The notes under the pieces are model-generated. The model had not been told where the DNA came from. It saw only the letters and a list, made by a program, of their open reading frames with translations, and did no database searches. Below, in pieces: positions 46,375 to 56,758 of a stretch of DNA of 64,000 bases. The stretch is from IMG/VR virus record IMGVR_UViG_2695421014_000001, positions 4,508-68,507 of that record, one strand, 5' to 3'. The position numbers and the translations under genes are program-made. Each line of letters begins with the position of its first letter. Positions within the stretch are counted from its first letter, which is position 1. Source of the DNA: a virus. Its lineage: Duplodnaviria > Caudoviricetes.

Positions 46375-46851
46375 GTGATCGGGATGAGCATGCGGACGGG
46401 CGACGATCTGAGGCGGATCTCCCGCGAGCTGAACCGCATGGACCAGCCGGAGATCAAGAAGCGGTTCCGGAAGGAACTGCGGGCCACGGCCCAGCCGTTC
46501 GTGCCGCTGGTCCGCAACTCGATCAAGTCCATCCCGTCGAAGCGCCCGTACTCCGCCGAAGGCCTCCGCGGCCAGTTGGCGCGGGCCACCCGCATCGAGG
46601 TCCGCACCGTCGGCCGGGACGCCGGCGTCGCCATCCGCGTCGACGGCCGCAAGATGCCCTCCAAGATGAAGGCCCTCCCCAAGGGCATGGAGGGCACCAA
46701 GCGCTGGCGGCACCCGGTCTTCGGCAACCGCGAGGTCTGGGTCACCCAGCAGCCGCACCCCTACTTCTTCCACGTCGTACGCCCCGCAGGTGTCGCCGGT
46801 AGGCGTGCCGCTTCCCGGGTCGTCGACTCGATCACCCGCGACATCCGCTAG
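46375..46851 (+). CDS. HK97 gp10-like neck/tail-completion protein
   Basis: Basic protein, WRHPVFGNR..WV.Q..HPYF. Confidence 0.6.
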   Translation: MIGMSMRTGDDLRRISRELNRMDQPEIKKRFRKELRATAQPFVPLVRNSIKSIPSKRPYSAEGLRGQLARATRIEVRTVGRDAGVAIRVDGRKMPSKMKALPKGMEGTKRWRHPVFGNREVWVTQQPHPYFFHVVRPAGVAGRRAASRVVDSITRDIR

Positions 46852-46858
46852 GAGCACC

Positions 46859-47326
46859 ATGGCCCTGAACGGCACCCAGATCCTCGAAGCCGACGACACC
46901 AAGATCGAGCCGGTCCCCGTCCCCGAGTGGGGCGGGGAGGTCCTCGTGCGCGGCCTGACAGGGATCGAGCGCGACGACTACGAGGCGAGCATCCAGCAGA
47001 TCCGGCCCAAGCCGGACGGCACGAAGGAAGTCGTGTTCGTCCGCGGCAATGCTCGCGCCCGGCTGCTGGTGAAGTGCCTGATCGACGAGCAGGGCAACCG
47101 GCTCTTCAAGGACAGCGACGCCCCCGCGCTCGGCAAGAAGAACGGCGCCATCATCGACAAGTTGTACGACGTCGCCGCCGAACTGTCCGGCATGGGCGAC
47201 GCCAACGAGGCGGAGATCGAGGGAAACTCCGAAGCCGGCCAGACCGGCGACTCCTCTTCGTCCTCGCCCGAGACCTCGGACGAACCGTCGGAGAGCTCCT
47301 CAGAAGCATCAGTTCCTACGAGCTGA
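46859..47326 (+). CDS. tail assembly chaperone (gpG-like)
   Basis: VPVPEWGGEVLVRGLTGIERDDYE...LIDEQGNRLF...IEGN. Confidence 0.85.
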   Translation: MALNGTQILEADDTKIEPVPVPEWGGEVLVRGLTGIERDDYEASIQQIRPKPDGTKEVVFVRGNARARLLVKCLIDEQGNRLFKDSDAPALGKKNGAIIDKLYDVAAELSGMGDANEAEIEGNSEAGQTGDSSSSSPETSDEPSESSSEASVPTS

Positions 47327-47427
47327 GCGAGTGGAGGGCGCTCTACCGCATCGAGGCGGAAGAGCGCGAGGCGGAAGAGCGACGGGCCGCCGGCGGCCCC
47401 ACCAAGTCCCGTACACCGAACCTGTAG
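47221..47427 (+). CDS. -1 frameshift extension of tail chaperone (gpGT)
   Basis: Slippery G GGA AAC at 47221-47227; -1 frame reads RRLLFVLARDLGRTVGELLRSISSYELSEWRALY. Confidence 0.8.
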   Translation, partial: GKLRSRPDRRLLFVLARDLGRTVGELLRSISSYELSEWRALYRIEAEEREAEERRAAGGPTKSRTPNL

Positions 47428-47481
47428 ACACCGGCCTGATCAGCCCCGGACCGCGCGCACGCGCGAGAAGGGGGCGCAGCC

Positions 47482-50400
47482 GTGGCCACGAGCACCATCG
47501 TCTACGCCCTCGTCGGCCGCGACCGTGCATCCGCCGTGTTCCGGCAGGTCGGCCGCAACGCGAACCGGCTGGCGTCCACCTCGTCGAAAATCGGCGCCGC
47601 CATCAAGACGGGGCTGGCGGTCGGCGCGGTCGGTGTGGTCGGACTGGGCGCCGCGAGTCTGAAGGCTGCGGGCGACTTCGAGAAGAACATGAACCGCGTC
47701 GCCGCCCTGTCGGGCGCGACCGGGAAGAACCTGGAGAAGCTCCGCAACCAGGCGAAGGACTTCGGGAAAACCACCCAGTACGGGGCCGCTCAGTCCGCGG
47801 ACGCCATGGCCCAGCTCGCCACCGCGGGCCTGGACGTCAACCAGATCTACGGCTCGATGCCCTCGGTGCTGGCGCTGGCGTCGTCCGAGCAGCTCAATTT
47901 GACCCGGGCCGCGGAGATCACCACCAACGTCCTGACCGGCTACGGGATGAGCATCAAGGAGATCCCGCACGCCGTCGACGCCATGGTGAAGGCCTCCGTC
48001 AAGGCCAACACCTCGGTCGATGACCTGGGTGAGGCCTTCAAGTACAGCGGGCCGATCGCCCACCAGGCGGGCATCCAGTTCGAGGAAGCTGTCGCGGCGA
48101 CCGCCCTCATGGGCAACGCGGGCATCAAGGCGTCCATGGCCGGCACCGCGCTGCGCGGAGCTATCACCCGGCTCCTGTCGCCCACCAAGAAGGTGGCGAC
48201 GACGCTCACGGACCTGGGCGTCAGCGTGGCGACGTCCGACGGGAAACTGCGCCCGCTCACCTCGATCGTCGACCAGCTCGCGAAGAAGGGCGCGACGACC
48301 GGGCAGATCATGACGATCTTCGGTCAGCGGGCGGGCCCGGGCATGGCCGCGCTGATCCAGCAGGGCTCGGCCAAGCTCGCTGGGCTGACGAAGGAGTTGG
48401 AGAACTCCGGCGGCACGGCCGACAAGATCGCCAAGATCCAGATGAAGGGTCTGAAGGGCGAGGTCACCAGGCTGAAGAACGCCTGGGAAGGCCTCATGAT
48501 CGAGGTCGGCGACACGGGCCTGCTCACCGGCGCCACCAAGGCCCTGTCCAAGGTCACGTTCGCCGTCCGGGATCTCGCCGGGTGGGTCAACGACGACGGC
48601 ATCCCCAAGGTCAAAGCATTCGCCGGCAACGTCGCCGACATGGTGCCCGTCAACACCATCAAGCAGCGGTTCGGGCAGGCCAAGGCCATCGTCACCGACT
48701 TCTTCGCCGGCCTGTCCGGCAAGGGCACCGTCGACCTCGGCATCCCGCGCGTCGACGCCATGCCCGACGTGGTGCCGAAGTCGCAGGCCGCGGACATTGG
48801 CCGGCAGATCCGCGACGCCTTCACCGGCGGCATCCGGGGGATCGACTGGAAGAAGATCGGTGGCGCGGTCGGTCTCGGGCTCGGCAAGGCCGTCGAGACC
48901 GGCGTCAGCAACGTGGGAAAGCTGACCGTCGCCTTCGGGAAGCTGCTCGCCGGGATCGACTGGGTCGGGATCGGGATCGGCCTGGGCAAGTTCGTTCCCA
49001 GCCTCCTGTTGGGTTTCATCGTCGGCCTGCTGAATTTCGACATCGGCGGCCTACTCAAGGGACTCGCCGCTCACTGGCAGGACGCCCTCCTGGCCGTCCT
49101 GTTCGTCGCGTTCCTGCCCGCGAAGTGGGCTGGCGCGATCGGTAAAGCCCTGGGGAAGATTCCGTTCCTTGGAAAGCTTCTGAGCTGGTCCTTCGAGATC
49201 TTCACGAAGTTCTCGAAGACGCTCGTCGGCTGGGCGGGCAAGATCCTGTCGAGCTTCGGACGAGGCTTCCTCGCCGGACTGAAGATCGTTTTCCCTGGGC
49301 TGGGACGGCTCCTCACCGAGGGTCTCGGCAAGCTCGCCGTCGGCATCCTCGCTTACAGCGGCCGTCTCGTCGGCTTCGGCGAGCGCCTCATCGCGGGCCT
49401 CGGCACGGGCATCCTCAAGGGTGTCGAGGGCCTCGGCAAGTTCGCCGCGCGCGTCATCGGCCCCATCTTGAAGCCCTTCGTCCGTGCAGGATCGTGGCTC
49501 TTCTCCAAGGGCTGGGCAGTCGTCAAGGGCTTCGGCTCCGGCATCGCCACCGGCGCGAAGGCGGTCGGCGGGTTCGCCAAGACGTGGATCATCGACCCCG
49601 TCGTGGCACCGTTCAGGACGGCTGGCTCCTGGCTGTGGGCCCGGGGCGTGGCCATCGTGTCCGGCGTCAAGAACGGCATCGTCACGGGCGCGAAGGCTGT
49701 CGGATCCTTCGGCAAGACCTGGGTGATCGATCCCATTGTCGGCGTCTTCAAGACAGCCGGGTCGTGGCTCCTGGCACGCGGTGTGGCGATCGTGTCCGGT
49801 CTGAAGTCCGGCATCGTGACGGGCGCGAAGGCTGTCGGCGGCTTCGTGAAGGTCTGGGTCATCGACCCGGTCGTGGGGGTCTTCAAGGCATCCGGGTCGT
49901 GGCTGTGGGCGCGAGGCTCGGCCATCGTGTCCGGCTTCAAGAACGGCATCGTCACGGGCGCGAAGGCCATCGGATCCTTCGGTAAGACGTGGATCATCGA
50001 CCCCGTCGTGGGGGCCTTCAAGACGTCCGGATCCTGGCTGTGGGCACGAGGCGCAGCGCTGGTGTCCGGCTTCAAGTCGGGGATCATCGCAGGCGCGAAG
50101 GGTATCGGCGGCTGGGCTCTGCGGAACGTCATCATGCCCAGCGTCAATGTCTTCCTCAAGGCCGGCACCTGGCTGGTGGGGAAGGGCAGTGCCCTGATCT
50201 CCGGCCTCAAGTCCGGCATCGTGTCCGGGATCAAGGGCATCGGCTCGTGGATCAAGTCGAACATCATCGACCCCGTCGTCAACGCGGTGAAAAGCTTCTT
50301 CGGCATCCACAGCCCGAGCACCGTGTTCGCCGAGATCGGCGGCCACCTGGTAGGCGGCCTCTTCAAGGGCCTTGCCACCACCAACGGAACGGACATCGCG

Positions 50401-52236
50401 AAGAAGGTCTTCGGCGACATGCCGTCCGCTCTGGGCTCCATCGTGAAGAAGGGCATCGTGTCCGTCGCGGGCCTGCCGGGCAAGGCCCTCAACGCGCTCG
50501 GCAGCCTCGGTGGCAAGCTCGGCGGCTTCTTCAAGGGCCTCTTCGGCGGCGGCGATGGCGGCAGCGTTGGTAAGGGCGTCCAGAGGTGGGCGCCGCTGGT
50601 GTCGCAGGTGCTGTCGATGCTCGGCGCGCCCGCCACTGCGCTGGGACCTGTGCTCAAGCGGATCAACACAGAGTCCGGCGGCAACCCGAACGCCATCAAC
50701 AACTGGGACATCAACGCCAAGCGCGGCGACCCCTCGCGCGGTCTGATGCAGACGATCGGGGCGACGTTCAGCGCCTACGCCGGGCCGTTCCTCCAGCGCG
50801 GCATCTACGACCCGCTCGCGTCGATCTACGCCGGCATCAACTACGCGATGCACAGGTACGGGGCCAACTGGATCAACGTGATGACCCGGCCCGGCGGCTA
50901 CGCGAAGGGCACCAAGGGCGGCTTGGCCCCGATCGGTCAAACGGCGTGGGTCGGCGAGAAGGGCGCCGAACTGATGCAGGTCACCCCGAAGGGGACCCGC
51001 ATCCTGTCCCACAAGGACTCGGTGGCCTACGCCAAGACCAACGGAATCAAGGTGCCCGGGTACGCGTCGGGCACGGTCGCCAACGCGCAGGCCAGGGTCA
51101 ATCAGCGCCAGGCCGAGCTGGAGCGCGCGAAGGAGCGCCACTACGGCATCCAGGCTGCGAAGACCCGGCTGGCTGCGGCCAAGCAGGAGTTGGCTAACGC
51201 CAAGCGGCGCACGACGACCGACGTCGCGAACTACATCGCCAACGGGCTGAAGAAGACGTTGACCACCGGCACGGCGGCAGCGATCAACTCGGCGATCAAG
51301 TCGCTGAACAATCGGCTGCAGAACGCCGGGGCCAACTCGATGGTCGCCGGGAACCTGAAGACGTCCGCGAAGCTCCAGGCCCTCGCCACGAGCAAGGCGT
51401 CGATCGGCGCGCAGATCGCGACGGCCAAGCAGTTCGCGGTGGACCAGGCGTCGAACATCACGGATTTCCTCGGCATCAGCGGCACGACAGCCACGTCGGT
51501 CGATGCCCTGATCCAGCAGATGAAGGACCAGCAGAAGACAGCCTCCGACTTCGCGTCGCTCACCGCGTCGCTGAAGGCGCGCGGTGCGTCGAAGGATCTG
51601 CTCACGCAGCTGGCCGCCGCCGGTCCGGGCAGCCAGCTCGCCAGCATCCTCGGCGAAGGCGACGTCTCCAACACCGTCATCACCCAGCTGAACAACCTGG
51701 TCGCAAGCGGAAACAGGCTCGCGACGAACTTCGGCCGGGCCATGGCCGACACCATGTACGACGCGGGCGCGCAGGCTGGGAAGGGCTTCCTCACCGGTCT
51801 CCAGGCACAGCAGGTGGCTCTCCAGAAGCAGATGGAGTCTCTCGCCGACGCCCTGGTCACGTCGGTGAAGAAGAAGCTGAAGATCAAGAGCCCGTCGGGG
51901 GTGTTCCGCGACCAGGTCGGCAAGATGGTCGCCCTCGGCACCGCCGCGGGGATTGACGCGCACGTCCCGCACGTCGTGGCGACCGCCCAGCGGATGGCGG
52001 ACGCGGCGGCCGGGGTCTCCACACGGCCTGTGGTCATCCCGAGCCCCGCCGCAGGAGCAGCCCGGCACGCCACGGGGTCAGGCGATCAGCAGGTCGTCAT
52101 CAATGCACGTGTCTTCATCGGCGACCGGGAGATCACAGACATCGTGCGGGTCGAGGCGGAGCCGGTGGCCCGGAAGGCTGCGCAGGCCGCGGTCGACAAG
52201 GCCGCTTACCGGGCGAAGGTGGGACGCCAGCCGTGA
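47482..52236 (+). CDS. tape measure protein with lytic transglycosylase (SLT) domain
   Basis: 1584 aa; TP901-like core (GIKASMAGTALR); ESGGNPNAINNWD...SRGLMQ...AGINY. Confidence 0.93.
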   Translation: MATSTIVYALVGRDRASAVFRQVGRNANRLASTSSKIGAAIKTGLAVGAVGVVGLGAASLKAAGDFEKNMNRVAALSGATGKNLEKLRNQAKDFGKTTQYGAAQSADAMAQLATAGLDVNQIYGSMPSVLALASSEQLNLTRAAEITTNVLTGYGMSIKEIPHAVDAMVKASVKANTSVDDLGEAFKYSGPIAHQAGIQFEEAVAATALMGNAGIKASMAGTALRGAITRLLSPTKKVATTLTDLGVSVATSDGKLRPLTSIVDQLAKKGATTGQIMTIFGQRAGPGMAALIQQGSAKLAGLTKELENSGGTADKIAKIQMKGLKGEVTRLKNAWEGLMIEVGDTGLLTGATKALSKVTFAVRDLAGWVNDDGIPKVKAFAGNVADMVPVNTIKQRFGQAKAIVTDFFAGLSGKGTVDLGIPRVDAMPDVVPKSQAADIGRQIRDAFTGGIRGIDWKKIGGAVGLGLGKAVETGVSNVGKLTVAFGKLLAGIDWVGIGIGLGKFVPSLLLGFIVGLLNFDIGGLLKGLAAHWQDALLAVLFVAFLPAKWAGAIGKALGKIPFLGKLLSWSFEIFTKFSKTLVGWAGKILSSFGRGFLAGLKIVFPGLGRLLTEGLGKLAVGILAYSGRLVGFGERLIAGLGTGILKGVEGLGKFAARVIGPILKPFVRAGSWLFSKGWAVVKGFGSGIATGAKAVGGFAKTWIIDPVVAPFRTAGSWLWARGVAIVSGVKNGIVTGAKAVGSFGKTWVIDPIVGVFKTAGSWLLARGVAIVSGLKSGIVTGAKAVGGFVKVWVIDPVVGVFKASGSWLWARGSAIVSGFKNGIVTGAKAIGSFGKTWIIDPVVGAFKTSGSWLWARGAALVSGFKSGIIAGAKGIGGWALRNVIMPSVNVFLKAGTWLVGKGSALISGLKSGIVSGIKGIGSWIKSNIIDPVVNAVKSFFGIHSPSTVFAEIGGHLVGGLFKGLATTNGTDIAKKVFGDMPSALGSIVKKGIVSVAGLPGKALNALGSLGGKLGGFFKGLFGGGDGGSVGKGVQRWAPLVSQVLSMLGAPATALGPVLKRINTESGGNPNAINNWDINAKRGDPSRGLMQTIGATFSAYAGPFLQRGIYDPLASIYAGINYAMHRYGANWINVMTRPGGYAKGTKGGLAPIGQTAWVGEKGAELMQVTPKGTRILSHKDSVAYAKTNGIKVPGYASGTVANAQARVNQRQAELERAKERHYGIQAAKTRLAAAKQELANAKRRTTTDVANYIANGLKKTLTTGTAAAINSAIKSLNNRLQNAGANSMVAGNLKTSAKLQALATSKASIGAQIATAKQFAVDQASNITDFLGISGTTATSVDALIQQMKDQQKTASDFASLTASLKARGASKDLLTQLAAAGPGSQLASILGEGDVSNTVITQLNNLVASGNRLATNFGRAMADTMYDAGAQAGKGFLTGLQAQQVALQKQMESLADALVTSVKKKLKIKSPSGVFRDQVGKMVALGTAAGIDAHVPHVVATAQRMADAAAGVSTRPVVIPSPAAGAARHATGSGDQQVVINARVFIGDREITDIVRVEAEPVARKAAQAAVDKAAYRAKVGRQP
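49540..50220 (+). repeat. about five 135-bp (45-aa) tandem repeats in tape measure
   Basis: GGCGCGAAG recurs at 49552, 49687, 49822, 49957, 50092. Confidence 0.85.
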
Positions 52237-53690
52237 CCATCTCCTACGTCGCCGCCGGCGCCCTCTCCCAAGCGACGGTCACGATCACGCCCGCCTACCC
52301 GGCCGGCGCGACGGCCGGGCGGCTCGCGATCCTCCAGGTCGTCTCCGGGCATCCCAACGACTCGATCCCCTCAACCCCGTCCGGCTGGACGCTCGTCGAG
52401 ACCTTCTCCGGCGGCGGCGGAAGCTTCGGCAGCGGAACCGGGCCCCGCCGGCTCACCTGGTTCGCGCGCGTCCTCATCGGCTCCGATGCGGCACCGACCA
52501 CGACCCTGCCCACCGGCACCGGCGAACTACTCGCGGGCCGCATCCACGTGCTGTCCCGCAGCGCGGGCACCGGATGGCGGTGGGCGTCCAGCAGCGGCGA
52601 GGACACCTCCAGTGGCACCGGCTTCTCGGTCGTCGGCGCAACCGCGCTGACTTGGACGACGGGCGACTTCGCGCTGATCGGCTACGCCCTGCCAGTGAGC
52701 ACGGCCGCACTCAGCGCGGAGGCCATCACCGCAACCGGCATCACCTTCGGCACGGTGACCGAGCGGGCCGACGACCAGATCACCTCCGGCAACGCCGGCC
52801 GCCTCGGAGCCGCTACTGGTTCGGTCACCGCCGGCACGGGCGCGCAGGCCCCCACCCTCGCCGCCACCGCCTCGACGGCGACGACCGGCGTGGCCGGAGT
52901 TCTGCGGGTGCGCGAGGCCAGCGCGGCCCTCACCGCGACCGCGCAGAACGTGTTCCCGCCGCGGGTACTAACGTCCGTGACCGGCATGCTCGCCGAGGAC
53001 ATCGTCTCCGCCACCGTGTACCGGGTCCTCGGCACCGACCGTACGGCGGTCCGCGCGGCGAGTGCCGTCGACGTCACCGGCACCGACGCCCTGCTCAGGG
53101 TGGACGCCGAGCAGCCCTTCGGCGTCGCCGTGTCCTACCTGGCCGAGCTCACCGACATCAACGGTCTGACGTGGACGGTCACATCGGGCAGCATCACCAG
53201 CACCGTCACCGCAGACGTCATCAGCGACGCCGTGCAGGCTCTCGGTGCCGCGGTGAAGCTGGAGACGCCGCTGGAGAAGCAGCGCACCCGCGACGCCACC
53301 GTGTTCAACGTCGGCGGCCGGTACGTCGTCGTGGGCCGGCGCCGGTCGAAGGCGCAAGCCACCATCACGGTCCGCACGGAGACCGACGCCGACGGCGATG
53401 CTCTCGAAGCCGTCCTGGACGGGGCGACCGAAGGCGTCGTCCACGTCCGCAAGCAGACGACCCTGTCGCGCCTCGACGGCTACTTCGCGATCACCGAGGA
53501 TACCGAGGCCCCCACCTGGTACGACGGCTACCGCTGGTGGACGCTCACCGCGATCGAGGTCGAGGCATGGCCGGACAGCCTGGAGGCCCGCGGCTTCACC
53601 CTCCAAGACATCGCCGACAACTACACCAGCCTCCAGGACATCGCCGACGACAACGCGACCCTGCTGATCCTCGCCCAGAGGTCGTTCTGA
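52233..53690 (+). CDS. minor tail protein
   Basis: Follows TMP; Thr/Gly-rich beta N-terminus, distal-tail-like C-terminus. Confidence 0.75.
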   Translation: MTISYVAAGALSQATVTITPAYPAGATAGRLAILQVVSGHPNDSIPSTPSGWTLVETFSGGGGSFGSGTGPRRLTWFARVLIGSDAAPTTTLPTGTGELLAGRIHVLSRSAGTGWRWASSSGEDTSSGTGFSVVGATALTWTTGDFALIGYALPVSTAALSAEAITATGITFGTVTERADDQITSGNAGRLGAATGSVTAGTGAQAPTLAATASTATTGVAGVLRVREASAALTATAQNVFPPRVLTSVTGMLAEDIVSATVYRVLGTDRTAVRAASAVDVTGTDALLRVDAEQPFGVAVSYLAELTDINGLTWTVTSGSITSTVTADVISDAVQALGAAVKLETPLEKQRTRDATVFNVGGRYVVVGRRRSKAQATITVRTETDADGDALEAVLDGATEGVVHVRKQTTLSRLDGYFAITEDTEAPTWYDGYRWWTLTAIEVEAWPDSLEARGFTLQDIADNYTSLQDIADDNATLLILAQRSF

Positions 53691-54766
53691 TGCTGGACAT
53701 GTCGGATGACGCGCTGGAGGTCGTGCAGCGCAGCTTCACCATGCAGATGCGCGTCGAGTCATGGCTCGGCGGCGAACTCCTGGCCGACGACGTGCCCGTC
53801 GCCGACGGCAGCGAGGAACGCGACAGCTCCCTCGCCGTCCCCGAACGGGTCACCCTCACCGTCCCCGTCAGAGACCGCGGCGTGTCCTGGGACCCCACCA
53901 TCGACCCCCGCCACCCTCTCGCCGCGTACGGGCAGCAGCTGCGCATCTCCTACGGTGTCGAAGTCGCCGGAGACTTCGAGTGGATCACCCGCGGCTGGTT
54001 CCTCATCACGGAGTCCTCCGCAGACGGCGACACCGTCAACGTGGCCGCGCAGGGCCTTCTCACCCTCGTCGACGAGGCCAAGTTCGCGTCCGCGTTCCAG
54101 CCCAGCGGCACCCTGGCCAGCACGACCCGCTCCCTCGTCGAACCGGCGCTCACCGTCGAGATCGACGGCACGCTGACCGACCGGTCCATCCCAGTCGGCA
54201 TGGAGTGGGACGACGACCGCCTTGGCGCTCTCAACGAGGTCCTCAACGCGTGGCCCGCCGTCGGACACGTCACCGAGGACGGCCTGCTGCTCGTCGAGCC
54301 GCCCACCGACGCGGGCGATCCCGTCCTGTCGGTGACCGACGGCGTCGGCGGGACCGTGGTGCGCTGGCAGTCCACCACCAGCCGCGACGGTGCCTTCAAC
54401 GTGGTGGTCGCCCAGGGCGAGTCCGCAGCTGGCGTGCAGGTCCAGGGCGTCGCCTACGACTACGACTCCAACAACCCGTACTGGTTCGGCGGCGACTTCA
54501 ATCCGCTGCCCGTCCCCTACACGTACTCCTCGCCCCTGCTGACCACCGTCGCCCAGTGCCGGGCCGCAGCCGACGCCACCCTGCAACGGCTGCGCCGCAC
54601 CTCCTCGAGGAAGCTGACCATCACGATGGTGCCCCACCCCGGCCTGATGCTCGGCGACGTGATCTCCGTGACCGGCGGCGGCCTCACCAGCGCGCCCTGC
54701 GTGATCGAGGTCCTGTCCCTGCCCTACAGCCCCGATGAGATGACCCTGACCGTGAGGGTGCTGTAG
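53690..54766 (+). CDS. minor tail protein (baseplate hub-like)
   Basis: PLAAYGQQLRI, FNVVVAQGE, PVPYTYSSPLL, PHPGLMLGDVI. Confidence 0.78.
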   Translation: MLDMSDDALEVVQRSFTMQMRVESWLGGELLADDVPVADGSEERDSSLAVPERVTLTVPVRDRGVSWDPTIDPRHPLAAYGQQLRISYGVEVAGDFEWITRGWFLITESSADGDTVNVAAQGLLTLVDEAKFASAFQPSGTLASTTRSLVEPALTVEIDGTLTDRSIPVGMEWDDDRLGALNEVLNAWPAVGHVTEDGLLLVEPPTDAGDPVLSVTDGVGGTVVRWQSTTSRDGAFNVVVAQGESAAGVQVQGVAYDYDSNNPYWFGGDFNPLPVPYTYSSPLLTTVAQCRAAADATLQRLRRTSSRKLTITMVPHPGLMLGDVISVTGGGLTSAPCVIEVLSLPYSPDEMTLTVRVL

Positions 54767-54768
54767 CA

Positions 54769-55581
54769 GTGGCCGACTGGGCAGACACCCGCGTTTCTCT
54801 TGCCGGGCAGGGCGCCCTGCGTGGACGGGCCCTGACCACCGTGAGCAGCGGGGCCTGCGTGGTGAGCGTCGGCGGCATCCAGATCAACGTCCGCACGATC
54901 GTCGGCCTCACCGTCGCGGTGGGCGACACCCTGCTGATCCAGCGCACAGGGTCCGTGTACTACGCGTTCGCGGTCGCCTCGGCCGCGCCGGCGGTGCCTC
55001 CGCCGGCCCCGACCGCGCCGGACGCGGCCCCGCCGGACACCGGGGACGCCGCGCCCGCGCCGAAGCCCACCGTCACGACCGGCACCCTGACCTGTCCGCC
55101 CGTCTCCACCGCCTGCTATCGCGATGGCAGCTGGCGCTCCGACGGCGGCGCGGTGAACTCGTTCGACACCTACCAGGGCCGATACGCAGGCTCCAGCTTC
55201 GGCAGGATGACCGGCTGCGCCTTCTACGGCAGCAAGCCCCAGTCGATCTCCGGTGCCACCGTCACCCGGGCCACGATCAAAGTACGGCGACTCACGTCCG
55301 GCGACTTCGCGGCCCGCACTGCCACCCTCCGCCTGGTCTCGCAGTCCACCCGGCCCAGCGGCGCGCCCACGCTCAACGAATCCACATCCGGCCCGTCGCT
55401 CGCCGTGAACGCGACGAACACCGCCTTCGTCATCCCCAACTCGTGGGCTCAGGCCATGGTCAACGGCACCCGCGGAGGTCTCGCCATCTCCATCAGCAGT
55501 GACAACCCATACATCCGTCTCGCCGGGCGCAGCTCATGGAGCGTCGCCTGGACCATGACCATCTCCTGGAGGCGAGGGTGA
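54769..55581 (+). CDS. minor tail protein
   Basis: Position; Pro-rich linker and C-terminal beta domain. Confidence 0.7.
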   Translation: MADWADTRVSLAGQGALRGRALTTVSSGACVVSVGGIQINVRTIVGLTVAVGDTLLIQRTGSVYYAFAVASAAPAVPPPAPTAPDAAPPDTGDAAPAPKPTVTTGTLTCPPVSTACYRDGSWRSDGGAVNSFDTYQGRYAGSSFGRMTGCAFYGSKPQSISGATVTRATIKVRRLTSGDFAARTATLRLVSQSTRPSGAPTLNESTSGPSLAVNATNTAFVIPNSWAQAMVNGTRGGLAISISSDNPYIRLAGRSSWSVAWTMTISWRRG

Positions 55582-56339
55582 GCGACGAGACGTCGAAGGG
55601 CATCACCTACCCCGAGTCGACCGACCACACCCGCATGTGGGAGCACTTGCAGACCCTGGCAACCGACGTGGACGCCTTGCTCCTGGGGACGCCCGACGTG
55701 CAGGTCTTCACCGCCTCCGGCACCTGGACCAAACCGGCCGGGGCACTGTGGACGGTGGTCGAGGTCGTCGGGGGAGGCGGCGGCTCCGGCGGTGTGGGCA
55801 CCACCACCGCAGGCCAGGGCTCATGCTCGGGCGGCGGGGGAGGCGGCGAATACGCCAAGGGTACCTACGCCGCGTCCGCGCTCAGCGCCAGCGTCGCCGT
55901 CACTGTTGGCGCGGCCGGGGCCGCCGGAGCGACTACCCCCGCAGCCGGAGGCACGGGAGGCACATCCTCCTTCGGTTCGACGATCACCGCGGTCGGCGGC
56001 ACCGGCGGTGCGGCCTGCGTCGGATCGTCCGGCAACCTCTTCGCTGGCGGCGGCGACGGAGGCACCGGAGGTACCGGCGGCGAAATGCGCATGCAGGGAG
56101 GCGCTGGGGGCACCGGCCTGGTCCTCTCCGGCCTCGCCGTGAAAACCAACTACGGGGGCGCGAGCCATCACTCGGGGTCAGCCCGCGCCAACCCGGGCAC
56201 CTCGGGTGCCCAGGCCGGCACGGTTGGCTACGCGTACGGCGGCGGCGCTTCCGGATCCTCGAACGGCGCTTCCACCTCGGCGAGCGCGGGTGTGGCCGGG
56301 GCCGCAGGCGTCGTCATCGTCACCACCTACAAGGCCTGA
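55578..56339 (+). CDS. glycine-rich tail/fibre protein
   Basis: VFTASGTWTKP..A..VEVVGGGGG motif. Confidence 0.75.
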   Translation: MSDETSKGITYPESTDHTRMWEHLQTLATDVDALLLGTPDVQVFTASGTWTKPAGALWTVVEVVGGGGGSGGVGTTTAGQGSCSGGGGGGEYAKGTYAASALSASVAVTVGAAGAAGATTPAAGGTGGTSSFGSTITAVGGTGGAACVGSSGNLFAGGGDGGTGGTGGEMRMQGGAGGTGLVLSGLAVKTNYGGASHHSGSARANPGTSGAQAGTVGYAYGGGASGSSNGASTSASAGVAGAAGVVIVTTYKA

Positions 56340-56340
56340 C

Positions 56341-56757
56341 GTGAGCGTGCCGACGATCGGGATCATCGTCGAGCAGAGGGACGCGTCCGTCATCGAGCAG
56401 TGGGACCTCACCGCCGGCGTCTACCGCCGCTACGACTGCGGCGTCCTGGTGGAAGAGCGCCCCTTCACCGAGGCAGAGCTCGCGTCCGTCGCAGAGCAGA
56501 CCGCCGACGCTGTACGCCAGTCCAACACGGTGGCCCTGCTGGCCCGGGCGCGCACCGCGTTCACCACCAACGCCGCCTATCTGGCGAAGGTGACGGCCGG
56601 CGCGGCCACGAACGCCGACCACATCGCCCAGGTGCCGGCCCTCACACGGCAGATGCAGGGCGTCATCCGGCTCATCGTCGGCTCCGACCTCCTCGACGCC
56701 ACCGACGACACAACCACGCAGGCCAGCGCATCCATCCAGACCCGAGTCGGAGGCTGA
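56341..56757 (+). CDS. hypothetical tail-region protein
   Basis: GVLVEERPFTEAE; GC3 bias. Confidence 0.6.
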   Translation: MSVPTIGIIVEQRDASVIEQWDLTAGVYRRYDCGVLVEERPFTEAELASVAEQTADAVRQSNTVALLARARTAFTTNAAYLAKVTAGAATNADHIAQVPALTRQMQGVIRLIVGSDLLDATDDTTTQASASIQTRVGG

Positions 56758-56758
56758 C

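Noticed and set aside
49051-52068. 1005-aa minus-strand ORF, and similar long antisense ORFs (9102-11156, 18659-20311, 40631-42382, 61039-62766)
   Set aside because: Shadow ORFs of GC3-biased plus-strand genes, with no recognisable motifs
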